DNA of 64,000 bases. It comes from Corallochytrium limacisporum Hawaii (taxonomy: Eukaryota; Protista; Pluriformea). The DNA lies in contig PDIP01000103.1 of NCBI GenBank assembly GCA_002811645.1, positions 18,563 through 82,562 on the forward strand. The letters are read 5' to 3'. Made by a program: the position numbers and the translations under genes. This document shows, in pieces, positions 1 through 11,142 of this stretch. How positions within the stretch are numbered: the first letter of the stretch is position 1; the number at the start of each line of letters is the position of its first letter. The notes below the pieces were generated by a model, which was not told the origin of the DNA, did not search any database, and saw only the letters and a list, made by a program, of their open reading frames with translations.

Positions 1-1478
1 CCGAAGGAGTCACCTTCTCCTCTGATGATATGATCAACCGGAAACGGGGACTCTTTCACTCGGATCGAAATCCCCTATACAAATTAACCGGAGTCTGCGA
101 GGGTTAATAGTGTAGTTTTCGAACACGATCTAACTTTTCTCATTTCCCTATCGGTCCCGTCACTGAAAAATTTCTTTTACTTTGTATGCCTCACCCTTCC
201 CCCCTTCCCCCAACAAACCAGTCGGCCAGTGGCTTTTCCCTAAAGCCATACTTTCAGTATGGAAATCTGAATGGTCGGGAGGTGTTGGTGGGGAGCCCGT
301 TAGTCATCGATGACGAAACAGCCCACGTTTTTCATCGCTTTGTCTGATTGAAGAAAATAAAGCCTAGTTCTTACTAAAGGTGTTCACATATATACACCGC
401 TAGATACGTACTCAATCAACGACTGTGTATAGGTGGCACCACCCTTGAGTAGTATGGTTTCGGCGACGTTGACTGGGGAAGGGCAGGCAGACCACAAACG
501 GCCGCAGTGAAAGTCACTGGAGGGTCCTCGGACCACACAGCCGACGGATTTCAAACCCACTCTTCTTCAACTTGAAGTGCTCTGCTCTACCCAAGATAAC
601 CACTTAAGATGATCATGTTTGCCTTTTAACATTGACATCCAAAGTACCACGGAAAGCTGGGGAATACGAATTAATGGTGTGTGACAATGCATGGGCCCAC
701 ACGGACGAACGCCATACTAAGTGGACCTCGCCCAGTAGGTTTCTCACTGATCCCGAACTCGTCAAACCTCCAGATTCCGAAACGACTGACATGGTCCTGT
801 TGAATGCACAGGCATGCTGTTCTGATAGAAATGGGCTCTGGATATGGTTTCTTTGGTGATGACGGTGATGGAGGATGACGGTTGCACCTAGGTGTACTGC
901 GGGTGTCGAGAGATCTCTCGAGGACACATACGGAGAATCGAAGGCAGGGGTCGGAAGGGCATGGCAACCAAGAATCCCCCGGGGGAGGGCAACTCATCGA
1001 CTGTGTATGCATTTTGTACTGCATATTCTGACCTGTGTTTTTTTCTATCTTGTGGTTTATATATCGTCACAAGGTGGGGGAATTGTTCGGAGTGTATTTT
1101 TTTCAATGCTTAGGTGTTTGTAGGTAATGTACCAACTGGATAACAAGCACAAAAGGGAGGGTCGGTCGCGGGGTGCACACACCCAGAGGGCCTTTTGCGG
1201 GCAGGCCGCGGATTCGACAGGCTCTCACACAGTGTCCAAAATATGTGTGCTTGCTGCTTTCAGAGGTGGTCAGCACAGCATACAAGGATCCAATCTGAAC
1301 GATCCTGATACATGAGCATCTCATAGTGACCCCCTATATCTTAGTCTCATTGGGCTGCGTCTGCTGTCCGCGGTCGGATGCCTGCGGAATTTGGGGTTGT
1401 TGCGAACTGTTAGTACATACGACTTGGCAATTTTGCAATCTTTCCACATTCAGCCTAGAGCTCGTGTTTTTAAACAAT

Positions 1479-2357
1479 TTAACCCTGGCGCGAATTGCCC
1501 ACGTTCACGGTAGGCACAGTGTCAGAGTCACTGCAGGTAACAGTAATGATGCTGTTGATGAGATCAGCCTTTTGGTTCTCAGTCATATTGTGGCCAAGAG
1601 ACTCGAGTTTCTTCACGGCATCGTCGGCAATGCCTACGGCACCCTCAACAAGCGTGTGGCGGGCCTGCACGGTGGCGGCAGCTGCCTGTTTCTTCAACAT
1701 CTGTGCGGCGATTTCCGTGGCATAGGAGATTTCGTCCAGACGGAAGGAGAACACCTTGGCACCTGCACGGGTCACCTGCTTCTGCAGTTCGGTGGCCATA
1801 ATTTGGTTGACGTGTTCGTAGTCTGACCTGAGGGAGGGAGAGCCGTCGGCGGTTTCGTATGGGTAAAGACCGACAGTTTGACGGAGCACGGTCTGGGCAT
1901 TTTGACGGACAAAGGCGTTGTGGTTTTCAACCTCCAAAAGGGCCCTCATGGCATCAGTGTATTGGTAGCACACAATGGCACTGACCATGATGGGGTTACC
2001 ATTGTAATCAGTGACCTTGGCAGAAGGAAGGTCAATGGTGATCTTCTTGGTTGTCACGGTCATCACCTCACGACCGCAGGGGTTCACGACGTGGCAACCT
2101 GGTTCGGTAAGACGCTTGTGGTACTTACCGTACTGCAGAACGATAGCTTCCTCACGTTCGGACAAGCACACACAAGAGCACAAGATCGTGCAAGGCAAGA
2201 AGAGAAGACCCAGGCACAGGGCTAGGGGGTGGTTAGATTCCGTTGCATGCCACTCCTTGTCAACCGCATCATCGTCGTAATTGGGAGCTTGGGGAGTTTG
2301 GCCGGAGGTGGTTGGCTGGGTGGAAACCACAGTCTTTTCTCCATTAGCGGTACCCAT
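1479..2357 (-). CDS. SPFH/band-7 (stomatin/prohibitin-like) membrane protein, 292 aa
   Basis: Cys-rich hydrophobic N-terminal segment (LALCLGLLFLPCTILCSC) followed by SPFH-type sequence (EEAIVLQYGKY..PG..VVNP; KVTDYNGNPIMVSAIV; EISYATEIAAQMLKKQ..ARHTLVEGAVG). Intronless. Confidence 0.88.
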   Translation of the reverse strand: MGTANGEKTVVSTQPTTSGQTPQAPNYDDDAVDKEWHATESNHPLALCLGLLFLPCTILCSCVCLSEREEAIVLQYGKYHKRLTEPGCHVVNPCGREVMTVTTKKITIDLPSAKVTDYNGNPIMVSAIVCYQYTDAMRALLEVENHNAFVRQNAQTVLRQTVGLYPYETADGSPSLRSDYEHVNQIMATELQKQVTRAGAKVFSFRLDEISYATEIAAQMLKKQAAAATVQARHTLVEGAVGIADDAVKKLESLGHNMTENQKADLINSIITVTCSDSDTVPTVNVGNSRQG

Positions 2358-3078
2358 GTTGTGGATTTGGCTCGCAAAGGCTTAAAGTAGTATTCAAACA
2401 AGTATTCTTCGTTTCAGACACACCCCGAAAGGCTACTTACTCGTATGTCAGGATCAGTAACCCTACTGTTGTGGGTTGATGTCTTTTGTACCTGCCGGCC
2501 GCGGGTATCGAACCAACCGCACAAAGGGTAGAATCGTTTGCTCAAAATGACCTGGGCAGGTGTGAAGAAAACCGGCTCAACCGATCACAATAAAAAAAAG
2601 ACGCACAGAACACCAAGTGACACTAACGAGAAGAAAAGCACATGAACCCGTAAAATGCTTTGGAGGCTCATCCCTTCATTTCAACCCCTCTTACCAACGT
2701 CTGTACCTCTGTGCCCGCCTGCCCTCCCCTCGGTCACCGCAGCGCAGTATTCCATACACCGGCGCGCCATTCGATAGTTCTGCTGCTGCTCTGTTTCCTT
2801 GTGTGTAGCACTCAGTCCGGAATCGCCGTGCTGGTCCCCAGGGCCCACTTTCTTTTTTCCCTTGCCCGGACTTTGTCGAGTTAGATTTGCGGTGGTATTC
2901 TCTTCTTTATTTTTTTTTTGTATTTTGCGGGAAATTGCCTTCCAGTAAAATGAGTTAGCAACCCTTACCCCCTTCCCCACACAACCCCTGGAGTTCTTTC
3001 CTTTTTTTTTAACTTTCATTGCACCGGTTACCCCAACAGGGAGAGACCACACCCGTCGGTGGGTGTCCCCCCTTTTCC

Positions 3079-3081
<3 letters not shown>

Positions 3082-3137
<56 letters not shown>
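3082..3137. repeat. (CT)n microsatellite
   Basis: Pure CT dinucleotide run, read directly. Confidence 0.97.
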
Positions 3138-3139
<2 letters not shown>

Positions 3140-3676
3140 CCCATTCCCCTCCTTTCGCTCCAGGACCAACAGAGAGTCGAGAGGGAGGGGGGGGGAGAGC
3201 GAGCGCCGGAGGTGGGGGAGCGGAGGAGGAGCTGCTGGCTGGGCTCACCACCACCACCACCACCCTTTTGGAAGCCTTGTGTTAACGGCTCGGGCTCTCT
3301 CTCCCAGTTGGTAGCTGATAATGTATATATATCCGCGCCCTTTCTCCACTTTGCTCGCGAGCTGCGCAAAACTGGGCTGGCTGGCTGGGCTGGCTGCTTT
3401 GTTGGGAAGGCCGAAAATTAAAAAAAAAAATGGCGAGTTGTGTTCATTTCTTTCGCGGAATAACACAAGACCGCCGTGCGAGAAAGCATTATTAGTGTGG
3501 TACTGTCTCCGGTGTCTGCTGAACTCCCCTCCCCGCCCCCTTCCCCTCCTTTTGCCGACAGATTTGGTAGCTGTGGTCCAAACGCGGATGTTTTGAATGA
3601 AGAAAAAATAAAAAGACCGGTTGTTGAACAGAGATTGGTACTTTCACTGCCGTGTGAGCATGCATTCCCGTCATCA

Positions 3677-3680
<4 letters not shown>

Positions 3681-3725
<45 letters not shown>
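3681..3725. repeat. (CT)n microsatellite
   Basis: Pure CT dinucleotide run, read directly. Confidence 0.97.
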
Positions 3726-3729
<4 letters not shown>

Positions 3730-6700
3730 TTTCCTTCTTGGCTGTGTGTAAAGTCTAAGCGAGTCACCATCCCCAGCTATCTACACCGCGACCGCATACT
3801 TTCCTTTTTTTCCCCGGTTCCCTGCCGACTGTCCTGTTTCCCGACTGCCAATCGTATATTTTTCCAAGGTTTCATGAGTTCATAAGGTACTTGTCTACGA
3901 CGAGTTGCTGAATTTCGGTTGCGCGTACCATCCGGCCGCGACTTGCTGCGAACTCGTGCCCCTGTCGCGTCGCGCACTCCGGGCGGCTTCGAATACGAAG
4001 AGCGCGCAGCCATTGCCAACCAAAAAGGAAAAACAAAATTCAGGCCAAGACAACACTCTTTGGTATTTGTGTGTGTGGCTAACCATACTACCACCAGACC
4101 ACTCTGTGTCTCATTCGCTCTGTCTGTTCTCCAATGGCGCCTCTTCCCCCCTCCCCCCGGGATTCCCGTCATTGATACACACGTACCAAAAAAAAATGGA
4201 ACTGAAGGAAAACAAAAAAAAAAAGGCGGCTCCAGCGATTACCCACCCACGCACTCTTTTTATACTACGACAGTAGATAATTTGGGATCCAATATTTTTT
4301 TTCTCTTCGAATTGTCTTGGCAAGCTCTGACTGCAGGGCTCAGAGGAGCCAATGGCCACAGGCTTCAACTAACATTAATAGAATTGTAAGTCACACTTAC
4401 AATTCCAAAGATTTTGTAATTTTATAGATATAGAGAATACATTCGGAAATGTGAATACACGAAAATGACCATTGACTGAGGTTACATTCCTTTTCCAGAA
4501 TATGTCCTTTTGTCAGTAACTGAGCACCCCGGAAATCTAAATTCAAAACAGATAAAGGGACGCCGGATCTGAGAATATCATACGTTTAGTACGCAATTTG
4601 GACAGGCAAATTGTAGGGAGGATGTGTGGAACGGAAAGTGATCGGTTTGTGCGGCTGGACGGAAATCAACTGCCGCATTTTGTGCTGGGCGTCTGATCGC
4701 GCGAAAGATACTAGAACTGGTCAGCAACCGCTGCAGCATTAAACAAGTTCTCATCATATTCTTGCAATCAAGCAGCGATGGGCAGCCTTTCATTTGTCAC
4801 TTCAAAAGATTCAGTCGTGCGTGCTTGTTACGTATCACCCTGATGTGGGGCCGTCCTGATGATGGGTTACTGACGCACGGTCGTTACCCATTCTGTGATC
4901 CCTGTTCCGGTCACTATTTTCGTGTGCGTCCGAATTGAACAAAGATCGTAACAGTGATGGGAGCAAAACAGTCGGAAGATGGATCAAGCAAATGTGGATT
5001 CAAGTGTAACCAGCATTTCTCTGTTTTGCGTGGGCTGGCTGATGATGTCTGATTCGTATCCGCATGGGGACAGACAATGCCTGCCCAACTGCCCAGTTGG
5101 TTGTTGATGCTGGCCATCGTTGATTAGCACCCCGTGTGTCTCTCTCTATATCGCGCGGATGCAGTTCTCGCGAGTCATCATCAGTCTGCTATGGTCATGG
5201 AAAGGCAAAAGGCGCACAGCCCCGAGAATGTTTGAACTTAAACATAACTTAGTCTGGAACTGAACATGCTGATAATGACATCGGCCATTCCCTTGGTTAT
5301 CCCGTACATGATGGATGCTGTGGGTTTGATACACGCATCAGATACAACAACATGATGTCCGCCATAGATGAGTACCATTGCCATGTCCTTACCGCTTTGT
5401 GCGGACGGTTTCAAACATTGCTGTGATTGACCGTTTGGCACTAGTCTCGTCAAGTGCAACCTGCGCTGTGGGCGGATCACGGGATCAGTGTCCGTGTGAA
5501 GAACAGTGTTTCATCCTCTCGTAGGACTCATTCAAGCACGTAACGCCAATCCGAATGGACATAGTTTTAGCCAGAACGTTCCCAGCACGAGGTTCCTGGA
5601 CCTGCACGCAATATGTCGAAGGATGCTTATTCTTCCCTTCCATGTCTTAGTCACGGGCAGCACCGGCTAGGTTCTCCAACGCGCCCGCGGGTATCTCACA
5701 CGTTTACACGCCAATGGCCATACCTAATGTGCTGCGTTGGCAAGGGATTCCGCGCCCGGAATCAGAAAAACACACCTCTGTAGAGCTTAGATGTCGTGTT
5801 TCGAATGTCAGTCCACTCCGAGATCCCATATTTCTCGCCTGCATTCTGTGCTGGTTTCTCTATTGATCTCAAGCGTTGTTTTTGGGGGGACAACGGGGGA
5901 GCTGTGGACTGCGCTCAACTCCCCACTGTGTCGGCAGCAACCCTGCAATAGTCACCAGAAAACTTGCGCACCACAAGTTGTTCGGAGCCGGTCGCGTATC
6001 TCCTATGAAGACCACATCTCGCGTACATATAAAAAAGTATGGATATTTCAAGCACGTATTGACTATTTTGAGATTGAAAGTGGAGTTCCACTTGCCTCAG
6101 ATTTGCCGTGGAACGGTTGGGCTGCCCCGGTTCAGTGGTAGGCAGCAGTGGCGGCTCCGGACTGCAGTTCAGCGGAAATTTTTCCCATGCAAATCGCCCA
6201 GGAAGGAAAGTCTTAAGTGCTAAGGGCCGGTGCCGAGTAGCCCGAATGGGGCTGGGTGTTCGCCGAGCACCTTCGTCAGAGCTTGGTGACCATATGTTCT
6301 GGGCGGTGACAATTCCGGTACTGTGAGAACCAGGGAGTCTGCCCAAGAAAAAAATACTTCTTCGTACCTTCCCTTTGTGCGTAAGTACTGTGTCCGGGAG
6401 GACTACGGAAGAACCCAGAAACCGGGCCTGCACAACGCTACCGAAGGGGAGTCGCTGTTGGGAGCGAGGGCGGGCAAGGGGGGTTTGTGGGGGAGTGAAA
6501 GGAAGCGTGTATGGCTGGGAAAAGAAAGACCCGAGGGAAACCCCCTATCAAAACTTTGTGGAAACCACAGTTTCCAATTTTCTTCATGAAGAAAATTTGA
6601 CTGCTTTGCTACCCGCGACCGGAGTTGGGGAAATAAACTCTGGATAATTTTTTTTCCAACCCTTCGACACTACGAGACAGATCATACACACACCGAGAGA

Positions 6701-7036
6701 CCAATGACTCCCCGACCGTTCGCATGGACAGGTCGGGGAGGACAGAGCGCTGCTAACGGGGGAGGGGGGGGTTGGACAGAGCTGGTCGAAGACGGGAGTC
6801 TATTTTAATATATTTCAAAGTTATTAAATTGGACTCCCGATCGGGAAGAGGAAGGGGAGCTGGACACCTTCGGACGCGTGTCCCGTGTATGGATCCCTAT
6901 CGGCTGCAGATGATGTCAAATGCCATTGAGTGCAGGTACTTTGACTGAAGTGAACATGCAGGGTGATCCTGAATTCTCAAAAAGACTTTTCTGATCCCAT
7001 TAACCGACTTTATTTCAGTGTGTACTGTAGAGAAAC

Positions 7037-7597
7037 ATGGGTGAAAAGAAGGGTGTCGTGTTTGTGTGCCTCGGCAATATTTGCCGCAGCCCTATCGCGG
7101 AGGCAATCTTTGCGTCGCTGGTCAAGGACCGTGGTCTCGAAGACGAGTGGTTCTGGGACTCTGCGGGCACCAGTGGATGGCATATTGACGAGGATGCTGA
7201 CCCTCGTACACTAGCAGTGTGCAGGAAGCATGGGATTCCCTGTGACTCCAGGGGGCGGAAGTTTGTCAGTGAAGACTTTGAAAAATTTCATCATATTTTA
7301 TGCATGGACAATTCCAATGTTCGCAATGCCCTCAAGGTTGCACCTTCCCAAGATCTAGCAAAGAAAGCTGAATTGATTACAGGATATGATAATGGTGGAC
7401 CCGCAGAAATCCAAGATCCTTACTATGTAGGTATGACCACTGCACCTTCGGGAACGGCTTGCTCTGGGTGAACCATGATCGCTAACGGATATCTCTCTCC
7501 TTTTCTTTCTTGAATACAGGGTGAAGGTGATGGGTTTGAAATTGTGTACCAGCAGCTACAGCGCTGCCTTAACGGATTCCTTGAGAAGCATGGATAA
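7037..7597 (+). CDS. ACP1: Low-molecular-weight protein tyrosine phosphatase, 155 aa; exons 7037-7426 and 7520-7597
   Basis: P-loop FVCLGNICRS, plus DSAGT and DPYY motifs. The ORF-track C-terminus is wrong: a phase-0 intron 7427-7519 (GTAGGT donor, GCTAAC branch at 7481, pyrimidine tract, TACAG) joins DPYY to GEGDGFEIVYQQLQRCLNGFLEKHG*, the expected LMW-PTP end. Confidence 0.93.
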
Positions 7598-7895
7598 CGC
7601 AGGTAGTTCATCCTCACGTAAATGCATTCACATACATGCAACAGGCAATAGAGCGGCCATTTTGGACCGAGTATTACACATACGGATTCTGGAATTTATC
7701 TGTTTTGGCTTTGTGGTACTTTTTCTTCCGGAATTTCTCTGACCGGGCGGCGTTCCAGTACTTTGAGTATGGAGGTACCGTTTCCCCGCTCCGGCACAGC
7801 GTCTGGACCACGGCATCGTTTTCGTGTTCCTCATTCCGCAAAGCTGAAACACTAAGTTTCCACTTTCACCGACCGAGTTATGGTAGATCAAGGTA

Positions 7896-7986
7896 GTAAG
7901 TGTGGAATATAGGAGTACGTTAGGTTACTAAATTGCATAGTATTTTTGTTGTTTTTATTATTTTTCCTTGGGATCCATAAATACAG
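7896..7986 (+). other. Probable 5'-UTR intron of RPN11
   Basis: GTAAGT donor at 7896, TACTAA branch-like site near 7926, T-rich tract, TACAG acceptor at 7986. About 91 nt, like the two coding introns. Not confirmed by a reading frame. Confidence 0.45.
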
Positions 7987-7995
7987 CAGATAGTC

Positions 7996-8925
7996 ATGGA
8001 GAACCTGAGTCGTATCTTCAACGGCATCCCCGGTGGCAGACCGCAGGCCGGTGGAGACAATCCTATGGTGGACACTGCTGAGCAGGTCTACATTAGTTCT
8101 TTGGCGCTGCTAAAGATGTTGAAGCACGGACGGGCGGGTGTACCGATGGAAGTCATGGGTCTGATGCTGGGAGAATTCGTTGACGACTACACTGTTCGAG
8201 TAATCGATGTGTTTGCCATGCCCCAGAGTGGTACCGGTGTGTCTGTAGAGGCGGTCGATCCTGTATTCCAGACTAAGATGTTAGACATGTTAAAGCAAGT
8301 GGGACGCCCCGAAATGGTAGTTGGTTGGTATCACAGCCACCCTGGTTTCGGCTGCTGGCTATCCGGTGTCGACATCAACACGCAACAGAGTTTCGAGGCC
8401 CTAAATCAGCGTGCCGTGGCCGTGGTTGTCGACCCAATTCAAAGTGTAAAAGGCAAGGTCGTGATTGATGCATTCCGTTTGATTAGCCCGCAGCTGCTTC
8501 TGCTTGGCCAGGAACCTCGTCAGACCACCTCCAACATTGGCCACCTGCACAAACCGTCCATTCAAGCACTTATCCACGGGCTGAACCGTCACTACTACTC
8601 CATTGCCATCAACTACCGCAAGAACGAACTTGAACAGAAAATGCTCATGAATTTGCACAAGAAATCATGGACAGATGGATTATCGCTGCAGAATTACGAA
8701 GAACACCACCATCTCAATGAGAAGACGGTGAGCAACATGCTGGAACTGGCCAAGAACTATAACAAAGCAGTGCAGGACGAGGACAAGCTGACAAAGCAGG
8801 AACTGGAGATCCGCAACGTCGGTAAGCAGGACCCCAAACAGCACCTGGTGAAGGAAATCGATGTGCTCATGACCACGAATATTGTCCAGTGTCTTGGTGC
8901 CATGCTGGATATTGTTGCCTTCTGA
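7996..8925 (+). CDS. PSMD14: 26S proteasome lid deubiquitinase RPN11/PSMD14 (JAMM), 309 aa
   Basis: [32 protein letters not shown] and JAMM motif [17 protein letters not shown], highly characteristic of RPN11. Confidence 0.99.
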   Translation: MENLSRIFNGIPGGRPQAGGDNPMVDTAEQVYISSLALLKMLKHGRAGVPMEVMGLMLGEFVDDYTVRVIDVFAMPQSGTGVSVEAVDPVFQTKMLDMLKQVGRPEMVVGWYHSHPGFGCWLSGVDINTQQSFEALNQRAVAVVVDPIQSVKGKVVIDAFRLISPQLLLLGQEPRQTTSNIGHLHKPSIQALIHGLNRHYYSIAINYRKNELEQKMLMNLHKKSWTDGLSLQNYEEHHHLNEKTVSNMLELAKNYNKAVQDEDKLTKQELEIRNVGKQDPKQHLVKEIDVLMTTNIVQCLGAMLDIVAF

Positions 8926-9048
8926 GGTATAGGAAAGTGGCACAAAAATTCTGTAACAGAGAGCAGCATAACCAATAGATCAGAAAGAGTACTTCAAGTA
9001 TCACCTTGCGCTAAATTTTAAGATTGCTAAGATTCCTATTAGAATGCC

Positions 9049-11142
9049 TTACCTGTTTTCCAACGGGGGATAAGAGCCCTTGGTGCGCCAGTAAACATTG
9101 CACGCACTGCAGAGTCGGTCATTGTTGGCACCGATGCGCCAACCGGGGGTTTCACTGGTGCCACAGTGATCGCACGTCGGCTTCGGTCCGATATCCACTT
9201 CCGGCTTTTTGCTGGGGAACGGAGCAAATTTTGAACCCCCCTGCTTCCAGGGGCGGTGCACCGGGCCAGAGGAGGCCGCTTTGTTGCCGTGGCCTTGACT
9301 ATCTCGGCGGCCTGGCGTACTCAGGACAACACTTTCGTAGAGACCAGGTGTCGGATCAGCTTCAACAATGGCCCCATTGAGGGCTTTAACGCTTGCGAGA
9401 TCCTGCGGCTTACTCTCATAGCATGCAATGCTCAGACGCCGTGTGAGGTAACAAGCCAGGTGCATTTCTGCTGGTGTAGGTTCACCGGCAGTTTTGGAGG
9501 TGTTGAAGCCATTGTTTAGGCGCTCTTGCTGAAGCAGGTACAGTGCAGCAATGAGAGTACTGTTCTGGTCCAGGAATGCGTCAGGAGCCGCCTTCATCTG
9601 TCTGTATAAGGCCGCGAGCTCTCCTTCATCTGTGGTCACGAATGACACGTCCAGGTCGTTCTCGTAGAGCCAGATCAAAGTATCCTTCAGCACGGGTTCT
9701 ATCGCAGGCACGCGCTGTTTGTCCGATTCCAGACCAGCCATGGGTGCTGCAGGGGGCTCCTCGCCACGGTCCTCCACTGGTGCCTCCGTCTGGCCCTCTT
9801 TCAAAGGTTCCGTGTCCGGAAGAAACGGGTCGGATATTTGCCTGGGCAACATCTCTGGGCCCGTAGCTTCATCCTTCTCATTCTGCTCCTTTTCAGCCTC
9901 GTCGATACCTGCCTGTGCCAGTTGCGAGAATACTCCGCCTGTGATCTCATCGAGACGTGCGGTAATTCGCTGGCTGACTTTGTCCGAGTCTGTGCTGTCG
10001 TACATTTTAAGCAAGCTGTTGGCATACAGCACACCAGACTCGTCATGCCAGAGATCCCGAAGCAATTGACTGTCCTCCTGGCCCAACGTCGCCTCGGTGG
10101 AGTCGTAGTGTTGAGCAAGTGTGTCGAACAGCCGGTGTCCACGCAGACTGCCAATGTTTGCCGGCTTCAAGGGCCGCACAGCTGCCTTTGCCCGGTCCCT
10201 TACGGAGACATTGTACACGTGCTTCTCCACCAAAGTTCGCAGAGACTTTTGGACCTTGTTCGTTTCGGTTGCGCCTCGGTACTCTATGTACTCCGCAATC
10301 AATTCCCTCGGCAGATCGATCTTCGTGTTTTCTTCCTCTTCCACGACGGCCTGAGTTTCCACCGCGGCAGGTGCAGCTGTACCATCAGATTCTGCCTGAC
10401 CTTCGGTCTTAGACGAAGCTTCCGTGTGTCCTTGCTGTTGGTCAACGTCCATGGCGTCGGACGGCTTTTCCCCTTCCTCTTCGCCTTCGCCATCTTTTTT
10501 CTCTTCGCCAGTGCGCCTCAGACCTTTACTTTCCAGGATCTGTTCTTCCTTGGCCTGCCAGTTCTTCTTGCTCTTTTCGACCATGTTTTCTGCCACGCCC
10601 TTTAGTTTCTTAGCCTCCCGGTAGTAGATACTCCGATCATCATTGAAGGTCATACAGTTATCGCAAATGAGCTTTAGGTCGTCTATGTATGCTTCCAGCG
10701 TCCCGTACATCATGCCTTTAATCTTTTTTTCCATGGTGGAAAGGTCCATGGGTTTCTTGATTATGTCCCGATATCCTGGTACATCTTCTTCACTCACGGG
10801 CTCAAGGAAAAAACCATAGTGGTCTTTCGCCATAATCTTTTGGTGCAGGGGCTGCAAGAACTCTGCAAGGGCGCGTGTTATTGCACTAAGTTGAGGTACC
10901 CCACTGCCCACTTTGATGTTTTCTCCATGTTTATCCGAAGTCACCGTTGATGAGTCCTTACGGCCACGCTTGCCGGCTGAGTCAGCCTTCCCCAGTCCAA
11001 GCTCTTTCCGCCATGAGCGCAGTCTTCCTTTCGTCCGCGGCTCAACTTGTTCCGTTTCCTTTACAATCTGAGCCTTTCTTCCAGATTTCTTTAGCGAAAA
11101 GCGCAGTTTCAATGGCCTGCTTTGCAAATGTAAGACCGCCAT
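9049..11142 (-). CDS. BRD7/BRD9-like bromodomain protein with C-terminal GATA-type zinc finger, 697 aa
   Basis: Bromodomain (DHYGFFLEPV..VPGYRDIIKKPMDLSTM..CDNCMTFN..IYY). BRD7/9-type segment (HYDSTEATLGQEDSQLL..DESGVLYANSL..LDEITGG). C-x2-C-x17-C-x2-C finger CDHCGTSETPGWRIGANNDRLCSAC at 9100-9174. Confidence 0.85.
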   Translation of the reverse strand: MAVLHLQSRPLKLRFSLKKSGRKAQIVKETEQVEPRTKGRLRSWRKELGLGKADSAGKRGRKDSSTVTSDKHGENIKVGSGVPQLSAITRALAEFLQPLHQKIMAKDHYGFFLEPVSEEDVPGYRDIIKKPMDLSTMEKKIKGMMYGTLEAYIDDLKLICDNCMTFNDDRSIYYREAKKLKGVAENMVEKSKKNWQAKEEQILESKGLRRTGEEKKDGEGEEEGEKPSDAMDVDQQQGHTEASSKTEGQAESDGTAAPAAVETQAVVEEEENTKIDLPRELIAEYIEYRGATETNKVQKSLRTLVEKHVYNVSVRDRAKAAVRPLKPANIGSLRGHRLFDTLAQHYDSTEATLGQEDSQLLRDLWHDESGVLYANSLLKMYDSTDSDKVSQRITARLDEITGGVFSQLAQAGIDEAEKEQNEKDEATGPEMLPRQISDPFLPDTEPLKEGQTEAPVEDRGEEPPAAPMAGLESDKQRVPAIEPVLKDTLIWLYENDLDVSFVTTDEGELAALYRQMKAAPDAFLDQNSTLIAALYLLQQERLNNGFNTSKTAGEPTPAEMHLACYLTRRLSIACYESKPQDLASVKALNGAIVEADPTPGLYESVVLSTPGRRDSQGHGNKAASSGPVHRPWKQGGSKFAPFPSKKPEVDIGPKPTCDHCGTSETPGWRIGANNDRLCSACNVYWRTKGSYPPLENR

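Noticed and set aside
1-107. Open frame at the window edge (EGVTFSSDD...CEG*)
   Set aside because: Too short to tell whether it is the end of an upstream gene.
882-921. CACCTAGGTG T-box-like palindrome and TCGAGAGATCTCTCGA palindrome; also an AGGTGTGAA half-site at 2558
   Set aside because: The half-sites deviate from TCACACCT, and short matches of this kind are expected by chance in 64 kb.
2681-3770. ORFs with ERERER or LSLSLS repeats
   Set aside because: Translations of (CT)n microsatellites.
8926-9021. RPN11 post-stop frame ending AKF*
   Set aside because: UGA-G is a strong stop, AKF is a weak PTS1, and peroxisomal targeting is implausible for a proteasome lid subunit.
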